Assembly: GCA_030167145.1 (NCBI GenBank) | Contig: CP126532.1 | Coordinates: 4,500,001-4,532,000, forward strand | Length of the DNA: 32,000 nt | From: Ktedonobacterales bacterium | GTDB taxonomy: Bacteria; Chloroflexota; Ktedonobacteria; Ktedonobacterales; JADMIN01 | Direction: 5' to 3' | Shown: positions 1 to 6,610 of the stretch, piece by piece | How the letters are laid out: each line of letters starts with the position of its first letter | How positions within the stretch are numbered: the first letter of the stretch is position 1 | Position numbers and translations under genes: made by a program | Notes under the pieces: model-generated | What the model was told of the DNA's origin: nothing | Seen by the model: only the letters and a program-made list of their open reading frames with translations | Databases searched by the model: none

Positions 1-769
1 TGATCGCTCCCGCCACTTCAACGACGCTGGCGAAATCTACATCACCAGTGATGCTGCCGTCGTCACGGACGTTGATGCCGACGTCAATGACTACAGCGCC
101 AGGTTTGACCATCGCGCCGGTGATGAGGCCGGCTTTACCCGCGGCGACGACCAGCACATCGGCCTGAAGAGTCCACGCGGCAAGGTCGCGCGTGTAGATG
201 TGGCACGTCGTGACGGTGGCATCGCGGTGGAGCAGCAGAAATGAGAGCGGCTTGCCAACAACATTGCTGGCGCCCACGACGACAGCACGGCGGCTGACCA
301 GTGGAATCTGGCAGCGGTCGAGGATTTCGAGCACCGCGGCGCATGTAGATGGGACGAAACTGGGCAGCTTGAGGAAGAGGTTGCCCGCGCTTCGCAGGCT
401 GATGCCATCCACATCTTTGCGTGGATCAATCGTCTGAGCGATGGTGGCGGGTGAGAGATGCGGTGGCAATGGAAGCTGGGTGAGGATGCCCTGCACACTG
501 TCGTCGGCGTTGAGCGCTTCGAGGCAGCTTCGCAGACCATCGTCGTCTACATCGGCGGGAAGGGCGAGGGCCGTGGCCACAACACCGATCTTCTGGGCAG
601 CGCGTTGCAGCGACTGCGTGTAGACCGCTGAGGCGGGGTCATCGCCTGCGCGCACAATCGCCAGACCGGCAGGGTGGCCGTGGCGCTGCTCGTGGTCCTG
701 GGCAAGCAGGGCGAGATCATGACGTACATCGCGTGCGATGCGCTTTCCGTCGAGGATGGTGGCCGTCAT
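1..769 (-). CDS. folD: Bifunctional methylenetetrahydrofolate dehydrogenase / methenyltetrahydrofolate cyclohydrolase FolD (3' end runs off the left edge)
   Basis: My own reverse-strand translation from the ATG at 769-767 reads MTATILDGKRIARDVRHDLALLAQDHEQRHGHPAGLAIVRAGDDPASAVYTQSL...VVVGASNVVGKPLSFLLLHRDATVTTCH. These are FolD hallmarks (DPAS.VY, G.SN.VGKP, ATVT.CH). The ORF track omits it because no stop codon lies inside the window. Confidence 0.9.
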   Translation of the reverse strand, partial: MTATILDGKRIARDVRHDLALLAQDHEQRHGHPAGLAIVRAGDDPASAVYTQSLQRAAQKIGVVATALALPADVDDDGLRSCLEALNADDSVQGILTQLPLPPHLSPATIAQTIDPRKDVDGISLRSAGNLFLKLPSFVPSTCAAVLEILDRCQIPLVSRRAVVVGASNVVGKPLSFLLLHRDATVTTCHIYTRDLAAWTLQADVLVVAAGKAGLITGAMVKPGAVVIDVGINVRDDGSITGDVDFASVVEVAGAI

Positions 770-816
770 ACGTCACGCCTTTCTGTTCGGCGGCTGGGCA
801 CGGATGAGATCGTGCA

Positions 817-1446
817 TCAAACACCCATACGGATGTGGACGGCGGCCATGGTGCGTTCACGGAGCGCCTCGGCGCGTTCTTCGAGCGCAGCCATCTTCGC
901 GCGTGCCGTGCTGGCCGCGTCCGCGTCGCGCAGCAGCACGATATTGGCCAGCACGTTCAAGCCAGCCGCACGGACGGCGGCCTCACCGAGCAATGCGGCG
1001 CAACCGGCATCGCTAGCGACAGTTGGATTACCCGCCGCTGCCAGCTCACTGGCGGCTTCCAGCACGTCGCAGGCACGCTCCATCACACGTAGTGGCGGGC
1101 GCATCGCGCCTTGCAATGCGCCCTGAATCGCGTCCTCGCGGTCAGTTTGCTCATCGCTGGTGGCTTTGGGGAGCTTATAGGCGGCGGAGACAGCCGCAAA
1201 CGCGCGAGCATCTTCCTCAATCAGCGCGAGCAGGTCAGCGCGTGCGCTGACAAGCGCATCTACGGCGGCACGCATGCTGTCTTCAACGGCCTGGAACTTC
1301 GGGCGACCTACGGTAAATCGCCCGACCATCTCGGCGCACGCGGCAGCAAGTGCGCCAGCGAGTGCGCAGGCGGCGCCACCGCCGGGAGCGGGCGCGGCAG
1401 AGCCAAGGGCATCGAGGAAATTCGTGATCGAGTCTTCGGCTGGCAT
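817..1446 (-). CDS. FTCD_C-type cyclodeaminase/cyclohydrolase family protein (FchA-like methenyl-THF cyclohydrolase)
   Basis: 209-aa ORF. The N-terminal FLDALGSAAPAPGGGAACALAGALAAA motif is typical of the formiminotransferase-cyclodeaminase C-terminal family. It ends 47 nt upstream of folD on the same strand, giving a one-carbon metabolism pair. Confidence 0.85.
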   Translation of the reverse strand: MPAEDSITNFLDALGSAAPAPGGGAACALAGALAAACAEMVGRFTVGRPKFQAVEDSMRAAVDALVSARADLLALIEEDARAFAAVSAAYKLPKATSDEQTDREDAIQGALQGAMRPPLRVMERACDVLEAASELAAAGNPTVASDAGCAALLGEAAVRAAGLNVLANIVLLRDADAASTARAKMAALEERAEALRERTMAAVHIRMGV

Positions 1447-1598
1447 GAACTGGTATGTCCTTCATGGCGAATTGAGCGTGAGATGTTCCCAAACCGACGC
1501 TATTGTATCACCTGGCTTTGTGCGCCCATAGGTCACAAAAGCTGGCGAGAATACATGAGTTTGTGGTTATGTATTCCCTTATGGGGGCGAACAAGGCA

Positions 1599-2318
1599 AT
1601 GCGCGAGGCCGTTACATCTCAGGCGGCACAACACGATACGGCGCTTACGGCGAAGGTAGCGCGCATCTACGCGCTGCTGGTGGATACATATGGTGTGCCG
1701 CCGTGGGAGCCGAGTGGTGACGCACTGGGTGAACTGGTGGCGACCATTCTCTCGCAGCATACGTCCGATGTGAATTCGGAGCGAGCCTACGCGCAATTGC
1801 GTACACGATTCGCCACGTGGGAGGCGGTTCGCGATGCGCCAGTCGCTGAGGTGGAAGATGCTATTCGGTCGGGAGGGCTGGCGCAGCAAAAGGCTGAACG
1901 CATTCAGCGGATACTGCGGCTGCTCTCCGAGCAGATGGGTGACGCCCCGTTGACGTTGGATGTGCTGAATGCGCTGCCGCTGGAAGATGCGCTGGCCTAT
2001 CTGGAGGCGTTGCCTGGGGTTGGGCCAAAGACTGCGGCATGTGTTTTGCTTTTCTCTCTTGGGCGGCCCGCGTTCCCAGTAGATACGCATGTGTGGCGTG
2101 TGTCACAGCGGCTCGGACTGATCGGGCCTAAGATAGGAGCGAATGCCGCGCACACCCTGCTGTTGGGTCTGATCCCGCCGGAGTGGCGGCATACGATGCA
2201 CGTGGATCTGATCCGCCATGGGAGACAAATATGCCATGCGCGGAATCCCGAATGTCCGCGGTGTCCACTACGGGCGGAATGCCAGTATTATTGGGCGCTG
2301 GTGGCCACCGAGCGGTAG
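1599..2318 (+). CDS. nth: Endonuclease III family DNA glycosylase (HhH-GPD with 4Fe-4S cluster)
   Basis: HhH-GPD core LPGVGPKTAACVLLF...FPVDTHVWRV, with the catalytic Lys and Asp positions present. C-terminal cluster CHARNPECPRCPLRAEC matches C-x6-C-x2-C-x5-C. The longest ORF starts at 1503, and in-frame ATGs lie at 1569, 1581 and 1599. I chose 1599 because AAGG sits 5 nt upstream, but the start is uncertain. Confidence 0.85.
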   Translation: MREAVTSQAAQHDTALTAKVARIYALLVDTYGVPPWEPSGDALGELVATILSQHTSDVNSERAYAQLRTRFATWEAVRDAPVAEVEDAIRSGGLAQQKAERIQRILRLLSEQMGDAPLTLDVLNALPLEDALAYLEALPGVGPKTAACVLLFSLGRPAFPVDTHVWRVSQRLGLIGPKIGANAAHTLLLGLIPPEWRHTMHVDLIRHGRQICHARNPECPRCPLRAECQYYWALVATER

Positions 2319-2434
2319 GCGCTAGGCAGGCGGGGCCAGTTACATGGCGTGCGCGTCGCCGTTATGCTGAGGGAAGGCGCAAACGGCGGAAAGCTACTCG
2401 TTTGCTAGTGAATTTCAGGAATTGGAGGTGTGTA

Positions 2435-2815
2435 GTGGGTCCAGTTACTCTTCCCCGAATGCCAGTGGCACATGGGGAAGAACAGCGCGAACACGCTCCA
2501 CACACGGAGGTCGCGGGGACGCGCGAACGCATGATGACGTATGCCTTTGTGCTGGGGCTGGCGCTGCTGGCAGCCTTGTCGAATCCACAGGTACGACACT
2601 GGTTGGGCGAGGCGCTGACGACATTGTGCGTCGTGGGTGGCTTTATCGCAGCGCCGTTCCTGACACTGTCGGCGTGGATTGGGTTGGCGTTGCCTGAGTC
2701 GATGCCGCTTCACCGGGCGTCCACGGCGCTCTTTGTCGTGGCATTGGTGTGGATGGCGCTGGCGCTAATCGGCGCGCTTTTCCACGGCCAGCGCAGCACG
2801 ACGGCAGACGAATAG
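2435..2815 (+). CDS. Small integral membrane protein, unknown function
   Basis: GGAGG at 2424-2428 is followed by an in-frame GTG at 2435 within track ORF 2183..2815. Three hydrophobic helices are visible (AFVLGLALLAAL, LCVVGGFIAAPFLTLSAWIGLAL, ALFVVALVWMALALIGALF). The 5' part of the track ORF overlaps nth in another frame and is probably not translated. Confidence 0.55.
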   Translation: MGPVTLPRMPVAHGEEQREHAPHTEVAGTRERMMTYAFVLGLALLAALSNPQVRHWLGEALTTLCVVGGFIAAPFLTLSAWIGLALPESMPLHRASTALFVVALVWMALALIGALFHGQRSTTADE

Positions 2816-2905
2816 AAGTGCACAACATAGAGGATCCAATAGACAGGGAAGATATGGGAGAATTCACTACGGTAGGATTCGGATGACCTCATCTATGTGA
2901 AACTG

Positions 2906-2927
2906 TATCGGATAACGCTATCCGATA
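2906..2927. promoter_or_regulatory. Perfect inverted repeat TATCGGATA-ACGC-TATCCGATA (operator-like) in the AT-rich gap upstream of the Uma2 gene
   Basis: The 9-bp arms at 2906-2914 and 2919-2927 are exact reverse complements. The repeat is followed by a tandem TCTTTGACAT TCTTTGACAT at about 2967-2986. Confidence 0.3.
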
Positions 2928-3008
2928 TTCGAAAGAACAAGTGAATATGCCTGGTGCTTACCGCGTCTTTGACATTCTTTGACATATCAATCACTTCTCC
3001 TTTGGATG

Positions 3009-3018
3009 GTGATATACT
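3009..3018 (+). promoter_or_regulatory. Candidate extended -10 promoter element (GTGATATACT) for the Uma2 gene
   Basis: TG-n-TATACT lies 35 nt upstream of the ATG at 3053. No good -35 is present, which is acceptable for an extended -10 promoter. Confidence 0.3.
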
Positions 3019-3052
3019 TCAGTTCAAGATACAGTGAGAGCGAGGTAGAACC

Positions 3053-3658
3053 ATGGCACACAATACACTAGCCCCCTGGGCCGAAGCCGTTGCTGGAGTG
3101 CCGTACCCTCTCACCATTGATGATCTACTGACACGGCCTGATGATGGATGGACGTATGAATTGGTGGAGGGGAGGCTGGTCAAGATGCCCCCAAGCGGAT
3201 TTGGCGCATCAAGCATGGGTGTCACACTTTCAGCCGCTCTCTATCTGTACACACGAACGCATAATCTGGGGCGTGTCTCAGGAGCAGATGGCGAGTATGT
3301 TTTGAGCGGCCCCGGAGAGCCGGTGACAGCATTCGCGCCAGATATCGCGTTTGTACGCGCTGAGCGATTGCCTCTTCGCGAGTCGCCAGAATGGGATCGG
3401 CCCTGGCAACTCGCGCCAGACTTAGCCGTGGAAATTGCGTCCCCTAATCAATTCCGACCGGAGATGGCCGAGAAAGCGCAGCGCTATCTCGTTGCGGGGG
3501 TGCGCCTCGTTTGGGTAATATGGCCCAAACAGCGCCAAGTAGATGTGTGGCATTTGGATACACAACAGGCTATGACAACGCTAGGCATCGGCCAGAGTCT
3601 TGATGGACTTGATGTTGTACCTGGCTTTTCTTATGCAATCGCTGATCTATTCACTTAA
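3053..3658 (+). CDS. Uma2 family (DUF820) putative restriction-endonuclease-like protein
   Basis: 201 aa with the typical Uma2 layout: YELVEGRLVKMPP near the N-terminus, then PDIAFV and APDLAVEIASP acidic/lysine-type nuclease-fold segments. It is preceded by a visibly lower-GC intergenic region. Confidence 0.85.
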   Translation: MAHNTLAPWAEAVAGVPYPLTIDDLLTRPDDGWTYELVEGRLVKMPPSGFGASSMGVTLSAALYLYTRTHNLGRVSGADGEYVLSGPGEPVTAFAPDIAFVRAERLPLRESPEWDRPWQLAPDLAVEIASPNQFRPEMAEKAQRYLVAGVRLVWVIWPKQRQVDVWHLDTQQAMTTLGIGQSLDGLDVVPGFSYAIADLFT

Positions 3659-4538
3659 TCAGCGGGAAAAGATCGGGATGGAGCAGGCTGGCGAGCATCT
3701 CCAAGCTATCTACCAGACGCGGGCCGGGACGGCTGAAGTAGGCAGAGCCATTGACGATGTGGACGCGACCAGCACGGACGCAGGGCAGTTCCGCGTAGCC
3801 AGGGAGGGCGGCAAGCAGTGGCAGGTCTTGTCGGGTGCGCTCTTCGGAGAAGCCGCAGCATGAGATGACCATGACCTCAGGCGCGAACGCAGCGATCTGC
3901 TCCCATTCAATGCGGACCGAAGGTTGGCGCTCACGGCCAAGCGGGTCAATACCGCCCGCAAGCCGCACAAGCTCTGGATTCCAGTGACCGCCACAGAAGA
4001 GGGGGTCAATCCACTCCAAGAACGCGACGCGGGGCTGGGTTGTCGCGTGAGCAACGGTTTCGCGCACACGCTCGATGCGCGCGTGAAGCGTCGCGACGAG
4101 TTGGCGCCCACCATCGGGGTGTCCAGCGGCATCGGCGACACGCTGGATGTCGGCCAGCACTTCGCTCAGAGTCATTGGCTCTAGATTGAGAACACCTGGC
4201 TGGTGAGGCAGGGAACCCACGGCATCGAGGACTTCATCATAGGCGACGGCGCAGACTTCGCAGAGCTTCTGGGTGATGATGAGATCCGGCGCGAGCGTGG
4301 CAAGGAGTGCGCGGTCAATCGCGTAGAGGCTATGGGCATCGGCGGAGAGCTGCGAGCGCACGGCGGCGTCAATCTCGCCACTGGTGAGGTCGGGTCGCAA
4401 CAGTGACCTGGTGATAAACGGCTTCTCCGTCACATACGCCGGATAGTCGCATTCGTGGGTGACGGCCACGAGATCACTGGCGAGGCCCAGCGCGCACACG
4501 ATCTCAGTGGCGCTGGGCAATAACGAGATGATCTTCAT
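3651..4538 (-). CDS. Cobalamin/siderophore-type periplasmic-binding-protein fold protein (BtuF-like), no signal peptide
   Basis: 295 aa starting MKIISLLPSATEIVCALGL..LVAVTHECDYP, which is characteristic of PBP type 8 (PF01497) cobalamin-binding proteins. The N-terminus has no signal peptide or lipobox. Its start lies 4 nt after the HEPN gene stop. Confidence 0.8.
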   Translation of the reverse strand: MKIISLLPSATEIVCALGLASDLVAVTHECDYPAYVTEKPFITRSLLRPDLTSGEIDAAVRSQLSADAHSLYAIDRALLATLAPDLIITQKLCEVCAVAYDEVLDAVGSLPHQPGVLNLEPMTLSEVLADIQRVADAAGHPDGGRQLVATLHARIERVRETVAHATTQPRVAFLEWIDPLFCGGHWNPELVRLAGGIDPLGRERQPSVRIEWEQIAAFAPEVMVISCCGFSEERTRQDLPLLAALPGYAELPCVRAGRVHIVNGSAYFSRPGPRLVDSLEMLASLLHPDLFPLIK

Positions 4539-4542
4539 GTGC

Positions 4543-4926
4543 TCATCCCAAGACGATGGGCCGCGCCCACCGCATCACCCGGCGGGCGCGCACCAGCAGA
4601 TCAGATGCGGCATCGCCAACGTCTATGTCGGCTTCATCTACGGAGCGCGCTGCCAGGAATGCCGACGGGTGATAAGGCGTTAGAACGGCAAGGTCGTCGA
4701 GAATCTCGGCTGGCGCGCCAACCAGTGCGCCAAGTGTACGGAGATCGTGATCGTAGGTCGCGCGGGCGTCGTGGCGCAACACATAGACGGATTGCAGCAC
4801 TTTTTCGGCAACCTGATTGCACAGATCGGCGCAGTTGTAGAGATTGCCAGCCGCCTGCGCCAGCCCTGCGCTGGCGAGATCCTGCGCCGCTTCGGCGTAG
4901 ATGCCCAGCGCTTCATCCAGACTCAT
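4543..4926 (-). CDS. HEPN domain protein
   Basis: 127 aa with HEPN-like helices (A..DL..A......LYNCADLCNQVAEKVLQSV) and an R-x4-H motif (RATYDH) followed by DL..L. No nucleotidyltransferase (MNT) partner is adjacent. Confidence 0.8.
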   Translation of the reverse strand: MSLDEALGIYAEAAQDLASAGLAQAAGNLYNCADLCNQVAEKVLQSVYVLRHDARATYDHDLRTLGALVGAPAEILDDLAVLTPYHPSAFLAARSVDEADIDVGDAASDLLVRARRVMRWARPIVLG

Positions 4927-4942
4927 AGCACCTCACTCGCTG

Positions 4943-4972
4943 CCCCCACTCTCACGGAGGTGAGAGTGGGGG
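4943..4972 (-). terminator. Perfect 13-bp stem / 4-nt loop hairpin just after glyQS
   Basis: CCCCCACTCTCAC-GGAG-GTGAGAGTGGGGG lies 12 nt downstream of the glyQS stop. No U-run follows, so it may be a terminator, a processing site or a stabiliser. Confidence 0.45.
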
Positions 4973-4983
4973 CTGTACTTTGT

Positions 4984-6327
4984 CTAGCTCTCCAGGTCCG
5001 CCGCGAGAAGCCCGCGCAACTCGGCAATAGGCACACGACGTTGCTGCATGCTGTCGCGCTCGCGGATCGTCACCTGCTTGTCTTCCAGGCTATCGAAGTC
5101 TACCGTCACACAGTACGGTGTGCCGATCTCGTCCTGGCGACGATACCGCTTGCCGATGTTGCCGCCGGTGTCGTCGTATTGCGTCAGTCCGAGCGGGCGC
5201 ACCACATCATGCACCTGATGCGTCAGCGCGACCAACTCGTCCTTCTTCGAGAGCGGCATGACGGCGACTTTGACCGGCGCAAGCTTTTTGCTGAGCCGTA
5301 GCACGACACGTTTCTCGCCCTTGACCTCTTCTTCGTCATAGGCGTCGCAGAGAAAGGCGAGGGTCGAACGGTCAGCGCCGACGGAGGTCTCGATGATGTA
5401 CGGGACATAGTGTCGCTGCTGTGCATCATCATAGTAGCTGAGATCTTTGCCGCTATACTCTATGTGGCGGCGCAGATCGAAGTCGGTGCGGTCGTGAATG
5501 CCCTCGATCTCACGCCAGCCAAAGGGGAACTGGAAGTAGACATCCACGGCGGCGCGGGCATAATGGGCCAATTCTTCGGGACCATGCGGATGGAACTGGA
5601 GGCTCTCCGGGCGCATGCCGAAGTCGCTGTACCACTTCATGCGCTGGTCGCGCCAGTAGTTGAACCATTGCTCTTCCTGTTCGGGCGGAATGAAGAACTG
5701 CATCTCCATTTGCTCGAACTCGCGCATGCGATAGGTGAAGTTGCCTGGGCTGATTTCATTACGGAACGCCTTACCGATCTGAGCGATGCCGAAGGGGAGC
5801 TTCTTGCGCATGCTGGTCTGGACGTTTTCGTAATTGACGTAGATGCCCTGGGCTGTTTCAGGCCGCAGATAGACCAGACCAGCTTCTTCTTCGACTGGCC
5901 CCATGTAGGTCTTGAACATGAGATTGAACTGGCGAGGTGCGGTCAGCGTGCCACGCATGCCACACGCTGGGCACACATTCGGGTCGCCGCTCATTTCTTC
6001 GACATGATCGGCGCGGAAGCGGCCCTTGCAGTTGGTGCAGTCCACCAGCGGATCGGTGAAGACGGCTTCATGCCCTGAAGCCTGCCAGACACGACGTGCC
6101 ATCAGAATAGAAGCGTCAAGCCCAACGACATCATCGCGCAGGCGTGTCATGCTGTCCCACCAGGCGCGCTTGACATTGTTTTTGAGTTCGACACCGAGAG
6201 GGCCGTAATCGAAGACGGCATTGAGACCGCCATAGATTTCACTGCTAGGGAACATGAATCCCCGGCGTTTGCTGAGTGAGACGATCTCTTGCATGCGGTC
6301 TGTTTCGCCGCTGTTTCGCTTATTCAT
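4984..6327 (-). CDS. glyQS: Glycine--tRNA ligase (homodimeric class II GlyQS type)
   Basis: 447 aa. IVSLSKRRGFMFPSSEIYGGLNAVFDYGPLGVELKNNVKRAWW and FRNEISPGNFTYRMREFEQMEMQFF are classic GlyQS motifs. GGAGG lies 7 nt upstream of the ATG at 6327. Confidence 0.95.
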   Translation of the reverse strand: MNKRNSGETDRMQEIVSLSKRRGFMFPSSEIYGGLNAVFDYGPLGVELKNNVKRAWWDSMTRLRDDVVGLDASILMARRVWQASGHEAVFTDPLVDCTNCKGRFRADHVEEMSGDPNVCPACGMRGTLTAPRQFNLMFKTYMGPVEEEAGLVYLRPETAQGIYVNYENVQTSMRKKLPFGIAQIGKAFRNEISPGNFTYRMREFEQMEMQFFIPPEQEEQWFNYWRDQRMKWYSDFGMRPESLQFHPHGPEELAHYARAAVDVYFQFPFGWREIEGIHDRTDFDLRRHIEYSGKDLSYYDDAQQRHYVPYIIETSVGADRSTLAFLCDAYDEEEVKGEKRVVLRLSKKLAPVKVAVMPLSKKDELVALTHQVHDVVRPLGLTQYDDTGGNIGKRYRRQDEIGTPYCVTVDFDSLEDKQVTIRERDSMQQRRVPIAELRGLLAADLES

Positions 6328-6372
6328 GAAATGCCCTCCGCGTCAATAACAGGGTATGGCGACGCGCATGCC

Positions 6373-6407
6373 AAAGAAAGGGAGGCCGGGGAACTGCCCC
6401 TGCCTCC
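6373..6407 (-). terminator. Terminator-like hairpin inside the glyQS 5' leader (possible attenuator)
   Basis: The reverse strand reads GGAGGCAGGGGCAGTTCCCCGGCCTCC followed by CTTTCTTT, about 45 nt upstream of the glyQS ATG and downstream of the candidate promoter at 6444-6473. Confidence 0.35.
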
Positions 6408-6443
6408 ATTGGCCTGGCGTCACCGCGCGCCGTATTCATGGGC

Positions 6444-6473
6444 ATGATATGCCGTGAGCGCCGGATGTGTCAA
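6444..6473 (-). promoter_or_regulatory. Candidate sigma-70 promoter for glyQS
   Basis: The reverse strand reads TTGACA (6473-6468), an 18-nt spacer, then TATCAT (6449-6444). Confidence 0.4.
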
Positions 6474-6521
6474 TTTTGGGCGGACTGGGAACCAGGGCGC
6501 TTCAATTTCGGCTACCGTGGC

Positions 6522-6558
6522 GCAAAAAGGCGGACGGGAGTGATCCGGTCCGCCTTTT
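6522..6558 (-). terminator. Rho-independent terminator of the E1 dehydrogenase gene (A-run/T-run on both sides, potentially bidirectional)
   Basis: The GGCGGAC (6529-6535) / GTCCGCC (6548-6554) stem has a 12-nt loop. It is flanked by AAAAA (6524-6528) and TTTT (6555-6558). On the reverse strand the hairpin is followed by TTTTT. Confidence 0.7.
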
Positions 6559-6610
6559 CCTCACCTCTGCTCACCCCTCGCCTCGTAGGAGAGGGCCGGG
6601 GAAGAGGTCT

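Noticed and set aside
91-540. 149-aa minus-strand ORF and other short ORFs in the first 770 nt
   Set aside because: They are alternative frames of folD. The folD frame gives an unambiguous full-length match from the ATG at 769 to the window edge.
2183-2434. The 5' extension of the 210-aa track ORF overlapping nth
   Set aside because: It overlaps the nth 3' end in another frame and is Arg-rich and non-hydrophobic. A GGAGG plus GTG start at 2435 fits the membrane-protein part much better.
4927-4983. A hidden MNT antitoxin gene next to the HEPN gene
   Set aside because: The flanks hold only a 57-nt spacer with a hairpin on one side, and the BtuF-like gene 4 nt away on the other. No ORF with a nucleotidyltransferase GS-x10-DxD pattern is present on either strand.
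6495-6560. T-box-like string on the plus strand (AATTTCGGCTACCGTGGCG followed by a hairpin and TTTT)
   Set aside because: The match to the T-box consensus is only partial. No Stem I elements lie upstream on that strand. No plus-strand gene lies downstream, where the 3' end of the minus-strand E1 gene sits instead. The hairpin is better explained as the E1 gene terminator.
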